From an uncultured Actinomycetota bacterium (GTDB lineage: Bacteria; Actinomycetota; Actinomycetes; Actinomycetales; Dermatophilaceae): a DNA stretch of 24,000 nucleotides. This document shows positions 9,254 through 19,439 of this stretch, piece after piece. The first letter of the stretch is position 1; each line of letters begins with the position of its first letter. Made by a program: the position numbers and the translations under genes. A model generated the notes under the pieces. It ran no database searches. It saw nothing but the letters and a program-made list of their open reading frames with translations, and was not told where the DNA came from. The DNA lies in assembly GCA_963730585.1 (NCBI GenBank), contig CAVSSL010000011.1, positions 982,079-1,006,078 on the forward strand, given 5' to 3'.

Positions 9254-9463
9254 GCGGTGAATCCTAGCGGGGGCGGCGAACGGCGCCGGATGGCCTCCCT
9301 CGGAGGGTCCACGACCCCCTCGACGCGCGACCCGACCCGCCTCGCCCCACACTGCCGTCGAGCCCCATCACGCAGGCCACGGGCGCGTCGACCCCACCCG
9401 CCCCGCACGCGCACGACAGCCAACGGGGGGTCGACGGTGTGCCGCGAGGCGAATGTGGCAATA

Positions 9464-10138
9464 ATGGCGCACGTGGCGACAGCATCCGCAGTGCACTCAG
9501 GTACCCCCGGCCCCGTGGGGTCGATTCCCGGACACGGTCCCGTGACCCGACCGAACATGGTCTCGGTCGGCACGATCGTGTGGCTCTCCAGCGAGCTGAT
9601 GTTCTTCGCGGGTCTGTTCGCGATGTACTTCACGATCCGCGGCGTCGAGACCGAGCTGTGGAGCGAGCGGACGAGCATCCTGAACGTCCCCTTCGCCACC
9701 GTGAACACCCTGATCCTCGTGATCTCCTCGGTGTGGTGCCAGCTCGGCGTGCACGCGGCGGAGCACGGCAAGGCCCACCGGGGCGACGCCAAGCTCTTCA
9801 GCATCAGCGCGTGGGGCATGCGCGAGTGGTACGTGCTGACCTACATCTTCGGCGCGATCTTCGTCTCCGGGCAGGTGCTCGAGTACTCCGAGCTCGTCCA
9901 CGAGGGCGTGACGCTCGCCTCCGACGCCTACGGCTCGGTCTTCTACCTGACCACGGGCTTCCACGCCCTGCACGTCACCGGCGGCCTCCTCGCCTTCCTC
10001 CTCATCATCGGCCGCACCTTCACGACGCGGACCTACAGCCACAACCAGGCTGCGGGCGCCGTCGTGACCTCGTACTACTGGCACTTCGTCGACGTCGTGT
10101 GGATCGCGCTGTTCGCCACGATCTACCTGCTGAAGTGA
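9464..10138 (+). CDS. ctaE: Cytochrome c oxidase subunit III (aa3-type)
   Basis: [29 protein letters not shown]...[19 protein letters not shown]...[15 protein letters not shown]. Start could be ATG 9464 or GTG 9473. Confidence 0.95.
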   Translation: MAHVATASAVHSGTPGPVGSIPGHGPVTRPNMVSVGTIVWLSSELMFFAGLFAMYFTIRGVETELWSERTSILNVPFATVNTLILVISSVWCQLGVHAAEHGKAHRGDAKLFSISAWGMREWYVLTYIFGAIFVSGQVLEYSELVHEGVTLASDAYGSVFYLTTGFHALHVTGGLLAFLLIIGRTFTTRTYSHNQAAGAVVTSYYWHFVDVVWIALFATIYLLK

Positions 10139-10202
10139 CAGCAATCCAACGCCGCACCCCCCACCGAACCACTCGACGACCGCACACGCACAGGAGCGCA
10201 CT

Positions 10203-10988
10203 GTGAACGCACTGGCCGCCCGCCGACGGCACCCGGCCGCCATCGCCCTCCTCATCCTGGTGGGCCTGCTGGTGACCGGTGCGGCGTACGCCGCCCTGGC
10301 GCCGAAGCCGGCCCAGGCCTCCGCCGTGAGCGCCGACCAGGTCGAGCAGGGCAAGAAGCTCTTCCAGGCCAACTGCTCGACCTGCCACGGGCTGGGCGCC
10401 GAGGGCACGAAGGACGGGCCGAGCCTGGCCGGGGTCGGTGCCGCCGCCGTCGACTTCCAGGTCGGCACCGGTCGCATGCCCATGACGCGTCCGGACGTGC
10501 AGGCCCCGCGCAAGGACGAGGTGGTCTTCAGCGACGAGGAGATCGCCGCGATGGCCGCCTACGTGGCCTCGCTGGCCCCCGGGCCGGCCGTGCCCGACGA
10601 GGAGTACACCTCCGGCGAGGGCGGTGACGTCGCCAAGGGCGCCGAGCTCTTCCGCGTCAACTGCGCCATGTGCCACAACTTCGCCGGCTCCGGCGGTGCG
10701 CTGACCCGGGGCAAGTACGCCCCGTCCCTGCGCGACGTCGAGGGCAAGCACATCTACGAGGCGATGGTCACCGGCCCCCAGTCGATGCCCGTCTTCAACG
10801 ACACGAACATCAGCCCGGAGAGCAAGCGCGACATCGTCGCCTTCCTGCACACGCTGGACAAGCAGGAGAACGTCGGCGGCATGACGCTGGGCAACCTCGG
10901 CCCCGTCTCCGAGGGACTGTTCATCTGGGTGTTCGGTCTCGGCATCATGATCGGCTTGGCCGTCTGGCTCGGACAGAAATCCGCCTGA
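10203..10988 (+). CDS. qcrC: Menaquinol-cytochrome c reductase diheme cytochrome c subunit
   Basis: 261 aa; two CXXCH motifs (CSTCHG, CAMCHN), N- and C-terminal membrane segments; AGGAG upstream of GTG start. Confidence 0.96.
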   Translation: MNALAARRRHPAAIALLILVGLLVTGAAYAALAPKPAQASAVSADQVEQGKKLFQANCSTCHGLGAEGTKDGPSLAGVGAAAVDFQVGTGRMPMTRPDVQAPRKDEVVFSDEEIAAMAAYVASLAPGPAVPDEEYTSGEGGDVAKGAELFRVNCAMCHNFAGSGGALTRGKYAPSLRDVEGKHIYEAMVTGPQSMPVFNDTNISPESKRDIVAFLHTLDKQENVGGMTLGNLGPVSEGLFIWVFGLGIMIGLAVWLGQKSA

Positions 10989-11034
10989 TGCCCCCCGCAC
11001 TCGACCACTGCGAACCGACAGGATCGACCACAGC

Positions 11035-12126
11035 ATGAACGAACACGGCACTGAGCACGGCGGCCAGGTGGCGCAGCCGGGATCCGAGGGCTACGGCAGC
11101 TCTGCGGTGCGGCTCGACCAGGGGCACATCGAGGGCACGGGCGGCCTGCCCGAGCGCTTCGAGAACCCCGGCTTCCCCCCGCACATCCACCGGGCCGCGG
11201 ACCTCGACGAGCGCGCCGCCAAGCGGGCCGAGAAGCAGGTCGCCACGCTGTTCGGCCTCTCGATGCTCGGCACCCTCGTCTTCATCGTGGCCTACTTCGC
11301 CATCCCGATGGAGAACCAGGTCTTCATCCCGGGCATCGGCAGGGCCAACGCGTCCAACGTCGTCCTCGGTGTCTCGCTGGCCTTCGGCCTGCTCGGCATC
11401 GGCCTCGGTGCGGTCCACTGGGCCAAGACCCTGATGCCGGACGAGGAGATGGTCGAGGAGCGCCACCCGCTGCGCTCGTCCGACGAGGCCCGCGGCGGGT
11501 TCGTCAAGACCATGCTCACCGGTGGCACCGACGCGCAGCTCGACCGTCGTCCGCTCATCAAGTACAGCCTCGGCGGCGCGCTCGGCCTCTTCGCGCTCCC
11601 CATCGTGCTGCAGGTGGCCGGCAGCCTCGGCCCGCTGCCGAAGGACGAGCTGTCCAAGACCATGTGGAAGAAGGGCGACCGCCTCGTGCGCGACCCCGAG
11701 CGCACCCCGATCAAGGCGACCGACGTGACCATCGGTTCGGTCTTCCACGTGCTGCCCGAGTCCATCAAGGAGTCGGAGCACGTCCTCGAGGACAAGGCCA
11801 AGGCCGCCGTCCTCCTCATGCGCCTCGAGCCCGAGGCCATCAAGGTCGCCAAGGCGCGCGACTGGGGCTACGAGGGCATCGTCGCCTACTCGAAGATCTG
11901 CACGCACGTGGGCTGCCCCGTCGGCCTCTACGAGCAGCAGACGCACCACCTGCTGTGCCCGTGTCACCAGTCCACCTTCGACGTGACGCAGGACTGCAAG
12001 GTCATCTTCGGCCCGGCCAAGCGACCCCTGCCGCAGCTGAAGATCACTGTTGACGCCGAGGGTTACCTGGTGGCTGACGCCCCGTTCCGCGAGGCTGTCG
12101 GCCCGAGCTTCTGGGAGCGTGGATGA
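11035..12126 (+). CDS. qcrA: Menaquinol-cytochrome c reductase Rieske iron-sulfur subunit
   Basis: 363 aa; CTHVGCPVGLYEQQTHHLLCPCHQSTFD Rieske motifs; several N-terminal hydrophobic segments. Confidence 0.96.
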   Translation: MNEHGTEHGGQVAQPGSEGYGSSAVRLDQGHIEGTGGLPERFENPGFPPHIHRAADLDERAAKRAEKQVATLFGLSMLGTLVFIVAYFAIPMENQVFIPGIGRANASNVVLGVSLAFGLLGIGLGAVHWAKTLMPDEEMVEERHPLRSSDEARGGFVKTMLTGGTDAQLDRRPLIKYSLGGALGLFALPIVLQVAGSLGPLPKDELSKTMWKKGDRLVRDPERTPIKATDVTIGSVFHVLPESIKESEHVLEDKAKAAVLLMRLEPEAIKVAKARDWGYEGIVAYSKICTHVGCPVGLYEQQTHHLLCPCHQSTFDVTQDCKVIFGPAKRPLPQLKITVDAEGYLVADAPFREAVGPSFWERG

Positions 12127-13907
12127 GCACCACCGCACACACCGCATCAGGCGCAGACCGCCTGCGCGCCAACGACCCCCAGCCCGAGGCACCCGTCGGT
12201 GGCGGCATGAGGAAGGTCGGCGGCGTGGCCGGCTGGGTCGACGACCGCACCGGTGCCGCCAAGGGCGTCGGCTACCTCATGAAGAAGGTCTTCCCCGACC
12301 ACTGGTCGTTCATGCTCGGGGAGGTGGCGATGTACTCGATGATCATCTGCCTCCTCACCGGCGCCTTCCTCACCTTCTGGTTCGTCCCGAGCGCCGGGCA
12401 GGTCGTCTACGACGGCTCCTACCTGCCGCTCAAGGGCGTCACGATGTCCGAGGCCTACCGGTCCACGCTGGACATCTCCTTCGACATCCGCGGTGGCCTC
12501 ATCATCCGGCAGATCCACCACTGGGCGGCGCTGCTGTTCATCGTGGCGATCAACGTCCACATGATGCGCGTGTTCTTCACCGGCGCCTTCCGCAAGCCGC
12601 GTGAGCTCAACTGGGTCCTCGGCGCGCAGCTGTCGATGCTGGCCCTGGTCGAGGGCTTCGCGGGTTACTCGCTCCCCGACGACCTGCTGTCCGGCACCGG
12701 CCTGCGCGCCGCCGAGGGCTTCATGCGCTCGGTTCCCGTGGTGGGCAGCTACCTCTCGTACTTCGTGTTCGACGGCGCGTTCCCGGGTGAGGCGATCATC
12801 CCCCGCCTGTATGCCGTGCACGTCCTGCTGCTCCCGGCGATCCTCGTCGGCCTGTTCACCGTGCACATCGTGCTGGTGGCCGTGCAGAAGCACACCCAGT
12901 ACCCCGGGCCCGGCCGCACCAACGAGAACGTGGTCGGCTTCCCGGTGATGCCGGTGTATGCCGCCAAGGCCGGTGGGTTCTTCTTCATCGTCTTCGGCGT
13001 GGTCGCCCTGATCTCTGCCCTGGTGACGATCAACCCGATCTGGGCCTACGGCCCCTACGACCCGTCGCCGGTGACGGCTGGCTCCCAGCCCGACTGGTAC
13101 ATGGGCTTCGCCGACGGCGCCCTGCGACTGCTGCCGGGCTTCCTGGAGTTCGAGGCCTTCGGGTTCACCTTCAGCTTCAACGTCATGATCGGCGCCATCC
13201 TGCTGATCCCGGTCATGTACGGCCTGATCACCCTCTACCCCTTCCTCGAGGAGTGGGTGACCGGTGACAAGCGCGAGCACCACCTGCTGGACCGCCCGCG
13301 CAACAACCCGACCCGCACCGGCATCGGCATGGCCGGCATCGCCGCCTACTGCGTGCTGATGTTCGCGGCCGGCAACGACCTGATGGCGATCAAGCTGCAC
13401 CTGTCCATCAACGACATCACGATGATGCTGCGCACGCTCTTCTTCGTGCTGCCGCCGGTCGTCTACTGGATCACCAAGCGGATCTGCCTGAGCCTGCAGC
13501 GCCGCGACCGCGACCTGGTGCTGCACGGCCGCGAGACCGGGCGCATCATCCGCACCGCGGAGGGCCGCTTCTACGAGCAGCACGAGCCGCTCGACCCGTA
13601 CACCCGCTGGAACATGGTGCAGCACGAGCAGCACCGCCCGCTCGAGCTGGAGTCCGGTGTCGACGAGAACGGCGTCGCCGCCCCGAACGCCCGCAGCCAG
13701 CGCCTGCGCGCGAAGGTGTCGCGGTTCTACTTCAACGACCGCGTCGAGCCCGTCACGCCCGCCGAGCTGGAGGCCGCCCACCACGACGGACACCACGTCG
13801 AGGCGATCGAGCACCAGGAGCCCGGTGGGGCGCCGCTCGTGGAGATGGCGTCGTCCACCTCCGGCGACAACCCGGACGCCACGGAGTCCGGTCGCGAGGG
13901 TCACTGA
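12123..13907 (+). CDS. qcrB: Menaquinol-cytochrome c reductase cytochrome b subunit
   Basis: 594 aa; overlaps qcrA stop (ATGA); RQIHHWAALLFIVAINVHMMRVFFTGAFRKPRELNWVLG, cytochrome b N/C domains with cytosolic C-terminal extension. Confidence 0.96.
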   Translation: MSTTAHTASGADRLRANDPQPEAPVGGGMRKVGGVAGWVDDRTGAAKGVGYLMKKVFPDHWSFMLGEVAMYSMIICLLTGAFLTFWFVPSAGQVVYDGSYLPLKGVTMSEAYRSTLDISFDIRGGLIIRQIHHWAALLFIVAINVHMMRVFFTGAFRKPRELNWVLGAQLSMLALVEGFAGYSLPDDLLSGTGLRAAEGFMRSVPVVGSYLSYFVFDGAFPGEAIIPRLYAVHVLLLPAILVGLFTVHIVLVAVQKHTQYPGPGRTNENVVGFPVMPVYAAKAGGFFFIVFGVVALISALVTINPIWAYGPYDPSPVTAGSQPDWYMGFADGALRLLPGFLEFEAFGFTFSFNVMIGAILLIPVMYGLITLYPFLEEWVTGDKREHHLLDRPRNNPTRTGIGMAGIAAYCVLMFAAGNDLMAIKLHLSINDITMMLRTLFFVLPPVVYWITKRICLSLQRRDRDLVLHGRETGRIIRTAEGRFYEQHEPLDPYTRWNMVQHEQHRPLELESGVDENGVAAPNARSQRLRAKVSRFYFNDRVEPVTPAELEAAHHDGHHVEAIEHQEPGGAPLVEMASSTSGDNPDATESGREGH

Positions 13908-13930
13908 CCTCGGCGCCCACGGTCGCACGT

Positions 13931-13966
13931 CAGAGTGCCGCGTTCCCTCGGGGACGCGGCACTCTG
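13931..13966. terminator. Putative terminator hairpin 3' of qcrB
   Basis: CAGAGTGCCGCGT ... ACGCGGCACTCTG, 13-bp perfect inverted repeat with extra pairing possible towards a tight loop; between convergent genes. Confidence 0.75.
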
Positions 13967-14004
13967 CATTTCATCGACTGCTGCGGTTCATCGACCGCTG
14001 CGTC

Positions 14005-14292
14005 TCACGGACCGCCGAGCAGCTCGGCCAGCCGTTCCGTCGCTCCAGCCGGCGCTGGGTCGATCTCGAGCACCTTCGTGCGGCTGCGCTCCCCCGTCAC
14101 CAGGCGCACATCACGGTCCCGTACGCCGAAGGCCTGGGCCACCGCCCTCAGGACGGCGGCCGTGGCGGCCCCGTCGACCGCGCGTTGGGCAACGGCGACC
14201 ACGAGCGTGGGCCCGTGCTCACCCGGCTCGCCGTAGCGGCCCCCCACGGCGGTGCGGGACGCGCCGGGCCGGACCCTCACCGTGATGCGCAT
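14005..14292 (-). CDS. DUF167 (YggU-family) protein
   Basis: 95 aa: MRITVRVRPGASRTAVGGRYG...LVVAVAQRAVDGAATAAVLRAVAQAFGVRDRDVRLVTGERSRTKVLEI, characteristic DUF167 pattern. Confidence 0.85.
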   Translation of the reverse strand: MRITVRVRPGASRTAVGGRYGEPGEHGPTLVVAVAQRAVDGAATAAVLRAVAQAFGVRDRDVRLVTGERSRTKVLEIDPAPAGATERLAELLGGP

Positions 14293-14317
14293 GCGGGCAT
14301 CATGGCAGGCTGGGCGC

Positions 14318-14671
14318 GTGCACGAGATGAGCCGATCGGAGTTCGAGGACGCCGTCGGCGACGCGCTCGACGCCGTGCCAGCAGAGCTGATGGGGCTGCT
14401 CGACAACGTGGTCTTCTTCGTCGAGGACGAGCCGCCGCCGGACGACCCCGACCTGCTCGGCATCTACGACGGCGTCCCGCTGACCGAGCGTGGCGACGCC
14501 TGGGCCATGGGCGCGCTCCCCGACCGCATCACCATCTACCGGGGCCCGCTGCTGCGGATGTGCGCCGACCGCGACGAGCTGCTCGACGAGATCGCGATCA
14601 CCGTGGTCCACGAGATCGCGCACCACTTCGGCATCGACGACCGGCGCCTGCACGAGCTGGGCTGGGGCTAG
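14318..14671 (+). CDS. Small metallopeptidase-family (zincin-like) protein
   Basis: VHEMSRSEFEDAVGDALDAVPAEL...NVVFFVEDEP...ITVVHEIAHHFGIDDRRLHELGWG; HExxHxxG. Start GTG 14318 or ATG 14327. Confidence 0.85.
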   Translation: MHEMSRSEFEDAVGDALDAVPAELMGLLDNVVFFVEDEPPPDDPDLLGIYDGVPLTERGDAWAMGALPDRITIYRGPLLRMCADRDELLDEIAITVVHEIAHHFGIDDRRLHELGWG

Positions 14672-14685
14672 CCGCGACTGCGGCT

Positions 14686-14717
14686 GTGCCGTGCCCCGGA
14701 GAACCGGGGCACGGCAC
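14686..14717. terminator. Putative intrinsic terminator hairpin
   Basis: GTGCCGTGCCCCGG-AGAA-CCGGGGCACGGCAC, 14-bp perfect stem, 4-nt loop, between convergent genes. Confidence 0.8.
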
Positions 14718-14763
14718 GTGGTCGTCACGCGTGGACGTACTGCGTGATCGTCCTGGCGCTGGG

Positions 14764-15579
14764 TCAGCGCTTGGAACCTGACGACAGCTGCACCGTCTGC
14801 TCCGCGTAGCCGACAGCGCACTCGAAGACGCCGCAGGCCCACGTGAAGGCCACCGACGCGCTCTTGCCGCCGCGGAACAGGCCGTTGTCGCTCGTGACGA
14901 CGGCCTCCCACGGGTGCACGGCCCCGTCGCAGGTGAGCGGGTTGACGAAGAACCAGCCGGTGATCTTCATGCGTCCCACCCGCTGGGTGAGCGTGCCGTC
15001 GACGTCGCTGCTGAACTCGTCGGCGTTGAGGCACGAGTAGGTGCCGGTCAGGCGGGCGCTGCCGTCCTTGTAGGCCACGCCCTTGGGGTCGACGGTCACG
15101 GTGGCCTCCGGTGACGGCGGCGCCTGGTCGAAGGTCACCTCGAGGGTCCCACCATCGGTCGCGGTGTCGGAGAAGGCGACCACGTAGTAGGTCTGGCCGG
15201 GGCTGGTGTTGAAGCCCACGGTCGTCGGTCCACACGCGACGAGGTTGCCCAGCGACGGGTCACCCTCGGTCACCATGAAGCCACCGGTGTAGGACGACGC
15301 GGACATGTCGGCCAGCACCCCGCCACCGTCGGGGTCGGTGTAGGCGAACCAGACGCTGTTGTTGGTGAAGGGCGCGCCACAGCTGGCGTTCAGGGCGGCG
15401 TCGAGCGCGTCGGTGGTGGCCTCGGTGGTGTCCTGCGTGATCGTGGTCGGCAGCGCCGTGACGGCCGTGGCGCCAGCGGCGGTGTCATTGGCCGGCGGCG
15501 CGGCCTGGGCGACGCCCGCGACGGCCGGCAGCATGAGCAGAGCGACGGCGGCGGACAAGGTGGAGCGGACAAGCCTCAT
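14764..15579 (-). CDS. Secreted protein of unknown function
   Basis: 271 aa from ATG 15579: MRLVRSTLSAAVALLMLPAVAGVAQAAPPAND... Sec-type signal peptide; no recognised catalytic motif. Confidence 0.8.
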   Translation of the reverse strand: MRLVRSTLSAAVALLMLPAVAGVAQAAPPANDTAAGATAVTALPTTITQDTTEATTDALDAALNASCGAPFTNNSVWFAYTDPDGGGVLADMSASSYTGGFMVTEGDPSLGNLVACGPTTVGFNTSPGQTYYVVAFSDTATDGGTLEVTFDQAPPSPEATVTVDPKGVAYKDGSARLTGTYSCLNADEFSSDVDGTLTQRVGRMKITGWFFVNPLTCDGAVHPWEAVVTSDNGLFRGGKSASVAFTWACGVFECAVGYAEQTVQLSSGSKR

Positions 15580-15699
15580 GTGGATCCCCCTCTTCGGTGG
15601 ACGGCTCCCCTCTGAGCCGTCTCGGGGCACATCCATGCAGATCCGACGTGGCTCGGCTGCCCTTTTGACCGAAGTCTGGGGAAAGCCGTGGCACAGAAC

Positions 15700-15716
15700 G
15701 GGACAAGCCGTCCCGG
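15700..15716. terminator. Weak hairpin 3' of the L,D-transpeptidase gene
   Basis: CGGGAC-AAGCC-GTCCCG, 6-bp stem; short, so uncertain. Confidence 0.3.
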
Positions 15717-15730
15717 AATCCCCGTCGCGC

Positions 15731-16975
15731 TCAGGCGAGGGCGCTCTGGGCCTTCCAGCCGGCGAAGTCGTACATCCAGACGCCGATGCCTTCGTGCGGC
15801 TGGAAGCGGCGGCCCGACCCCGTGAAGTCCACGACGTCGCCGACCTTGGAGTTCTCGAACATCCACCTGGCGTTGGCGGGCGACATGTTGACGCAGCCGT
15901 GCGAGACGTTGGCCGACCCCTGCGAGCCCACCGACCACGGGGCCGAGTGGAGGTACTCCCCCGTCCAGGTCACGCGCAGGTTCCACTGGGTCTTGATGTT
16001 GTAGTAGTCCGGGTCGCCCTTCTTGATGCCCACCGTCGTGGAGTCCATGGTGACCTCACCCTCCTTGCGGATGATCACCTTGGTGCCGTAGCGGGTCTCG
16101 GTGAGCGGGCCCGGCTTGCCGGTGCTCACGGGGATCACCTTCACGACCTGGCCGCCACGGCGGACCGTCATGGTGTGGGCCTTCATGTCGACGGTGCTCA
16201 CCATCGACGAGCCGATGGTGAAGGACGCCTGGTCGTCGTTGGCCACCCACTTGTCCGGGCCGGTCTGCACGCCGGTCAGCGGGGCGTTGACGGTGACCTT
16301 GGTACCCGGCGTCCAGTAGTCCGCCGGGCGCCACATCAGCTGGCGGTTGTCCAGCCAGCCCCAGGCGCCCCTGGTCTGCGGGACGGTCTTCACGGACACG
16401 CGCTTCTCGACCTCGGCGCGCATCGCCTCGGAGGTGACGGCGGAGTCGAACTGGATGCTCACCGGCATACCCACCCCGACCGTCATGCCGGCGTTGAGGA
16501 TGCCGTAGGTGGCGGTGACCTTGGGCTTGAGGGTGCGGAACGAGGACGTCACCGTGGTCGGCGAGCCGTCCGGACCGGTGGCCTTGACCGTGACCGTGTA
16601 TGCCGTGTCGGGCCGCAGGCGCTGCTTCGAGGCCCACGCGGCGGTGCCGCTCTTCTGACCCGCGACGGAACCGCCCTTCGCGTCCTTGACCGTGACCGAC
16701 TCCAGGGTGCCGGTCCTCGCCGTCACCGTGACCTTCTTCGAGGGCAGCACGCCCGTGGCGTCGTCCGCAGGCATGACGGTGACCTCGGCCGGGGTCGCGC
16801 TCGGCGAGGGCGGCGCCGTCTCCGCGGCAGGCGCGGCGCCGGACGGCACCGTCCCAGCGGCCGCGGTTCCGGAACCGGCGTCGCAGCCCGCAGCCGCCAA
16901 CACGGTCCCCATCAGGGCCGCCGCTGCCGCGGCACGGTGTCTCCTGGCCTTGCTGAACACGCTCGCTCCTGCCAT
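15731..16975 (-). CDS. L,D-transpeptidase lipoprotein with Ig-like domains (YkuD family)
   Basis: 414 aa from ATG 16975; lipobox LAAAGC; catalytic motif ANVSHGCVNMSPANARWMF; DVVDFTGSG. Confidence 0.92.
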   Translation of the reverse strand: MAGASVFSKARRHRAAAAAALMGTVLAAAGCDAGSGTAAAGTVPSGAAPAAETAPPSPSATPAEVTVMPADDATGVLPSKKVTVTARTGTLESVTVKDAKGGSVAGQKSGTAAWASKQRLRPDTAYTVTVKATGPDGSPTTVTSSFRTLKPKVTATYGILNAGMTVGVGMPVSIQFDSAVTSEAMRAEVEKRVSVKTVPQTRGAWGWLDNRQLMWRPADYWTPGTKVTVNAPLTGVQTGPDKWVANDDQASFTIGSSMVSTVDMKAHTMTVRRGGQVVKVIPVSTGKPGPLTETRYGTKVIIRKEGEVTMDSTTVGIKKGDPDYYNIKTQWNLRVTWTGEYLHSAPWSVGSQGSANVSHGCVNMSPANARWMFENSKVGDVVDFTGSGRRFQPHEGIGVWMYDFAGWKAQSALA

Positions 16976-17180
16976 CTGTCGCCCCCGGACCGTGGCGCGG
17001 GTGCTGCCACGGTCACCCCACCAGACGCAGGACGCAGCGCAGGCGGTTCGGTGTGGTCGGTCGTCGTGACCGGCTCGCAACCTCCTGCTGCCCCCGGCCG
17101 TGCTGGCCCACCCCCGGGCCCGGCACCTCGTCGAGTGTAACGGCGCAGCGGTCACCGTCCGAAATGCGCCCCCGCACGTG

Positions 17181-17215
17181 CAGGACGCCCCGCCGGGGAT
17201 CCGGGGGGCGTCCTG
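17181..17215. terminator. Putative terminator hairpin 3' of ctaF
   Basis: CAGGACGCCCC (17181-17191) pairs perfectly with GGGGCGTCCTG (17205-17215); interior CCGG/CCGG may extend the stem. Confidence 0.7.
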
Positions 17216-17256
17216 TCGAGGCTGGCCCGTGCTGGGCCTGGGACCGCGGTGCGGAC

Positions 17257-17658
17257 TCAGACCGCGTCGTCGCCCGTGAAGTACTCGAAGGTCCAGCCGA
17301 TGAGGGCCACGACGCCGAACACCGCGCCGATGATGAAGAGCCACCAGCCGACGGCCAGGCCCAGGAAGCACACCGAGGCAGCCGCGGCCAGCGGGAGCGG
17401 CCACCAGCTGTGCGGGCTGAAGAAGCCGTACTCGCCCTCGGCCTCCGCGATGTGCCCGCTGGGGTTGTCCTCGGGACGAGCCGGCAGCTTGCGGGCCGTC
17501 GCCCAGAGGTAGAACGCGATCATCCCGCCGAGGCCGGCGCACAGCAGCAGGGCCACCGGCCCCACGGGCTCGGACCAGTCCGTGACGATGCCGTAGATGA
17601 TCCCGACCGGCGCGAAGAACGCCCCGACGATCATGAACAGCTTGTACTCGACCTTCAC
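17257..17658 (-). CDS. ctaF: Cytochrome c oxidase subunit 4 (actinobacterial type)
   Basis: 133 aa MKVEYKLFMIVGAFFAPVGIIYGIVT...ARPEDNPSGHIAEAEGEYGFFSPHSWWPLPLAAAA; directly downstream of ctaD. Confidence 0.92.
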   Translation of the reverse strand: MKVEYKLFMIVGAFFAPVGIIYGIVTDWSEPVGPVALLLCAGLGGMIAFYLWATARKLPARPEDNPSGHIAEAEGEYGFFSPHSWWPLPLAAAASVCFLGLAVGWWLFIIGAVFGVVALIGWTFEYFTGDDAV

Positions 17659-17661
17659 TGG

Positions 17662-19437
17662 TCAGCGCTCCTTGCCCGGGTCGACGCGGTCGCCCCTGTC
17701 GTCTGCGGTGCCCCTGTCACCCAGGTCGGCCGGTCCGAGGACCTTCGCCAGGGTGTCGGCATCGGGCTGCGGCCCACTGACCGGCGCACCCTCGGGGTGG
17801 TGCAGGTCGAAGGCGGGGCGCTCCGAGCGGATCCGCGGGATGGTGTCGAAGTTGTGCCGCGGCGGCGGGCAGCTGGTGGCCCACTCGAGCGAGGCGCCGT
17901 AGCCCCACGGGTCGTTGGTCTCGACCAGCGGAGCGCTCCGCCAGGTCTTCCAGACGTTGTAGAGGAACGGCAGCGTCGAGGCGGCCAGCAGGAAGGCGCC
18001 GGCGCTCGAGACGCGGTTCTCCCAGGTGAACCCGTCCTCCGGCAGGTAGTCGGCGTACCGACGCGGCATGCCGTCGACACCGAGCACGTGCTGGATGAGG
18101 AAGGTGGTGTGGAAGCCGATGAACAGCATCCAGAAGTGGATCTTGCCCAGCGTCTCGTCGAGCATGCGGCCCGTGAACTTCGGCCACCAGAAGTAGAAGC
18201 CGGCGAACATCGCGAACACCACGGTGCCGAACACCACGTAGTGGAAGTGCGCCACCACGAAGTAGGTGTCGGACAGGTGGAAGTCCAGGGCCGGGCTGGA
18301 CAGGATGATGCCGGTCAGGCCACCGAAGAGGAAGGTCACGAGGAACCCGATCGTCCACAGCATCGGGGTCTCGAAGGTGACCTTGCCGCCCCACATGGTG
18401 CCGATCCAGTTGAAGAACTTCACTCCGGTCGGCACGGCGATGAGCATCGTCATCACCGCGAAGAACGGCAGCAGCACTTGTCCCGTGGCGTACATGTGGT
18501 GGGCCCAGACCGTCACGGACAGCGCCGCGATGGCGATGGTCGCGAAGACCAGGGTCTTGTAGCCGAAGATCGGCTTGCGCGAGAACACCGGGAGGATCTC
18601 GGTCACGATGCCGAAGAAGGGCAGCGCGATGATGTAGACCTCGGGGTGGCCGAAGAACCAGAACAGGTGCTGCCAGAGCATCGGCCCGCCGTTGCCCGGG
18701 TCGAAGACGTGCGCACCGAACTTGCGGTCGGCGCCCAGCGCCAGCAGCGCGGCGGCCAGCACCGGGAAGGCCATCAGCACGAGGATCGAGGTCACGAGGA
18801 TGTTCCACGTGAAGATCGGCATCCGGAACATGGTCATGCCCGGGGCGCGCATGCAGATGATCGTGGTGATGAAGTTGACGGCGCCGAGGATGGTGCCGAA
18901 ACCACCGAGCGCGAGGCCGAACACCCACAGGTCGCCACCGAGGCCGGGGCTGTAGGTCGCGTCGGACAGCGGCGCGTAGGCGAACCAGCCGAACGAGGCC
19001 GCGCCCGAGGGGGTCAGGAAGCCGGCCGCGGCGATGATGCCGCCGAACAGGTACAGCCAGTAGGCGAACATGTTCAGGCGCGGGAAGGCGACGTCAGGCG
19101 CACCGATCTGGATCGGCATGAGCGCGTTGGCGAAGCCGGCGAACAGCGGCGTCGCGAACAGCAGCAGCATGATCGTGCCGTGCATGGTGAACAGCTGGTT
19201 GAACTGCTCGGGGTTGTCCACCACCTGCCGCCCGGGGCTGAACAGCTCGGCGCGGATGACCAGCGCCATGAGCCCACCGAGCATGAACCAGACGAAGGAG
19301 GTGATGAAGTACAGGTTGCCGATGACCTTGTGGTCGGTCGTCGTCAGCCACTTCACGACGGTCGCCCCGGGGGCGACCCGGCGGCGGGTGACGGTCTCAG
19401 CCGTGCGCAGGTAGGTCGACTCGCTCGCGGCGCTCAT
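17662..19437 (-). CDS. ctaD: Cytochrome c oxidase subunit I (aa3-type)
   Basis: 591 aa; [63 protein letters not shown]. Confidence 0.97.
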   Translation of the reverse strand: MSAASESTYLRTAETVTRRRVAPGATVVKWLTTTDHKVIGNLYFITSFVWFMLGGLMALVIRAELFSPGRQVVDNPEQFNQLFTMHGTIMLLLFATPLFAGFANALMPIQIGAPDVAFPRLNMFAYWLYLFGGIIAAAGFLTPSGAASFGWFAYAPLSDATYSPGLGGDLWVFGLALGGFGTILGAVNFITTIICMRAPGMTMFRMPIFTWNILVTSILVLMAFPVLAAALLALGADRKFGAHVFDPGNGGPMLWQHLFWFFGHPEVYIIALPFFGIVTEILPVFSRKPIFGYKTLVFATIAIAALSVTVWAHHMYATGQVLLPFFAVMTMLIAVPTGVKFFNWIGTMWGGKVTFETPMLWTIGFLVTFLFGGLTGIILSSPALDFHLSDTYFVVAHFHYVVFGTVVFAMFAGFYFWWPKFTGRMLDETLGKIHFWMLFIGFHTTFLIQHVLGVDGMPRRYADYLPEDGFTWENRVSSAGAFLLAASTLPFLYNVWKTWRSAPLVETNDPWGYGASLEWATSCPPPRHNFDTIPRIRSERPAFDLHHPEGAPVSGPQPDADTLAKVLGPADLGDRGTADDRGDRVDPGKER

Positions 19438-19439
19438 GC

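Noticed and set aside
9250-9463. Possible small RNA or extra gene between the receiver-like gene and ctaE
   Set aside because: ORFs here are composition-driven and no strong hairpin or conserved element was recognised by eye; left unannotated.
12147-13928. 593-aa - strand ORF opposite qcrB
   Set aside because: Antisense to qcrB; no domain-like sequence, typical GC-rich shadow ORF.
15359-17140. 593-aa + strand ORF opposite L,D-transpeptidase
   Set aside because: Composition-driven shadow ORF; the - strand reading has lipobox and catalytic motif.
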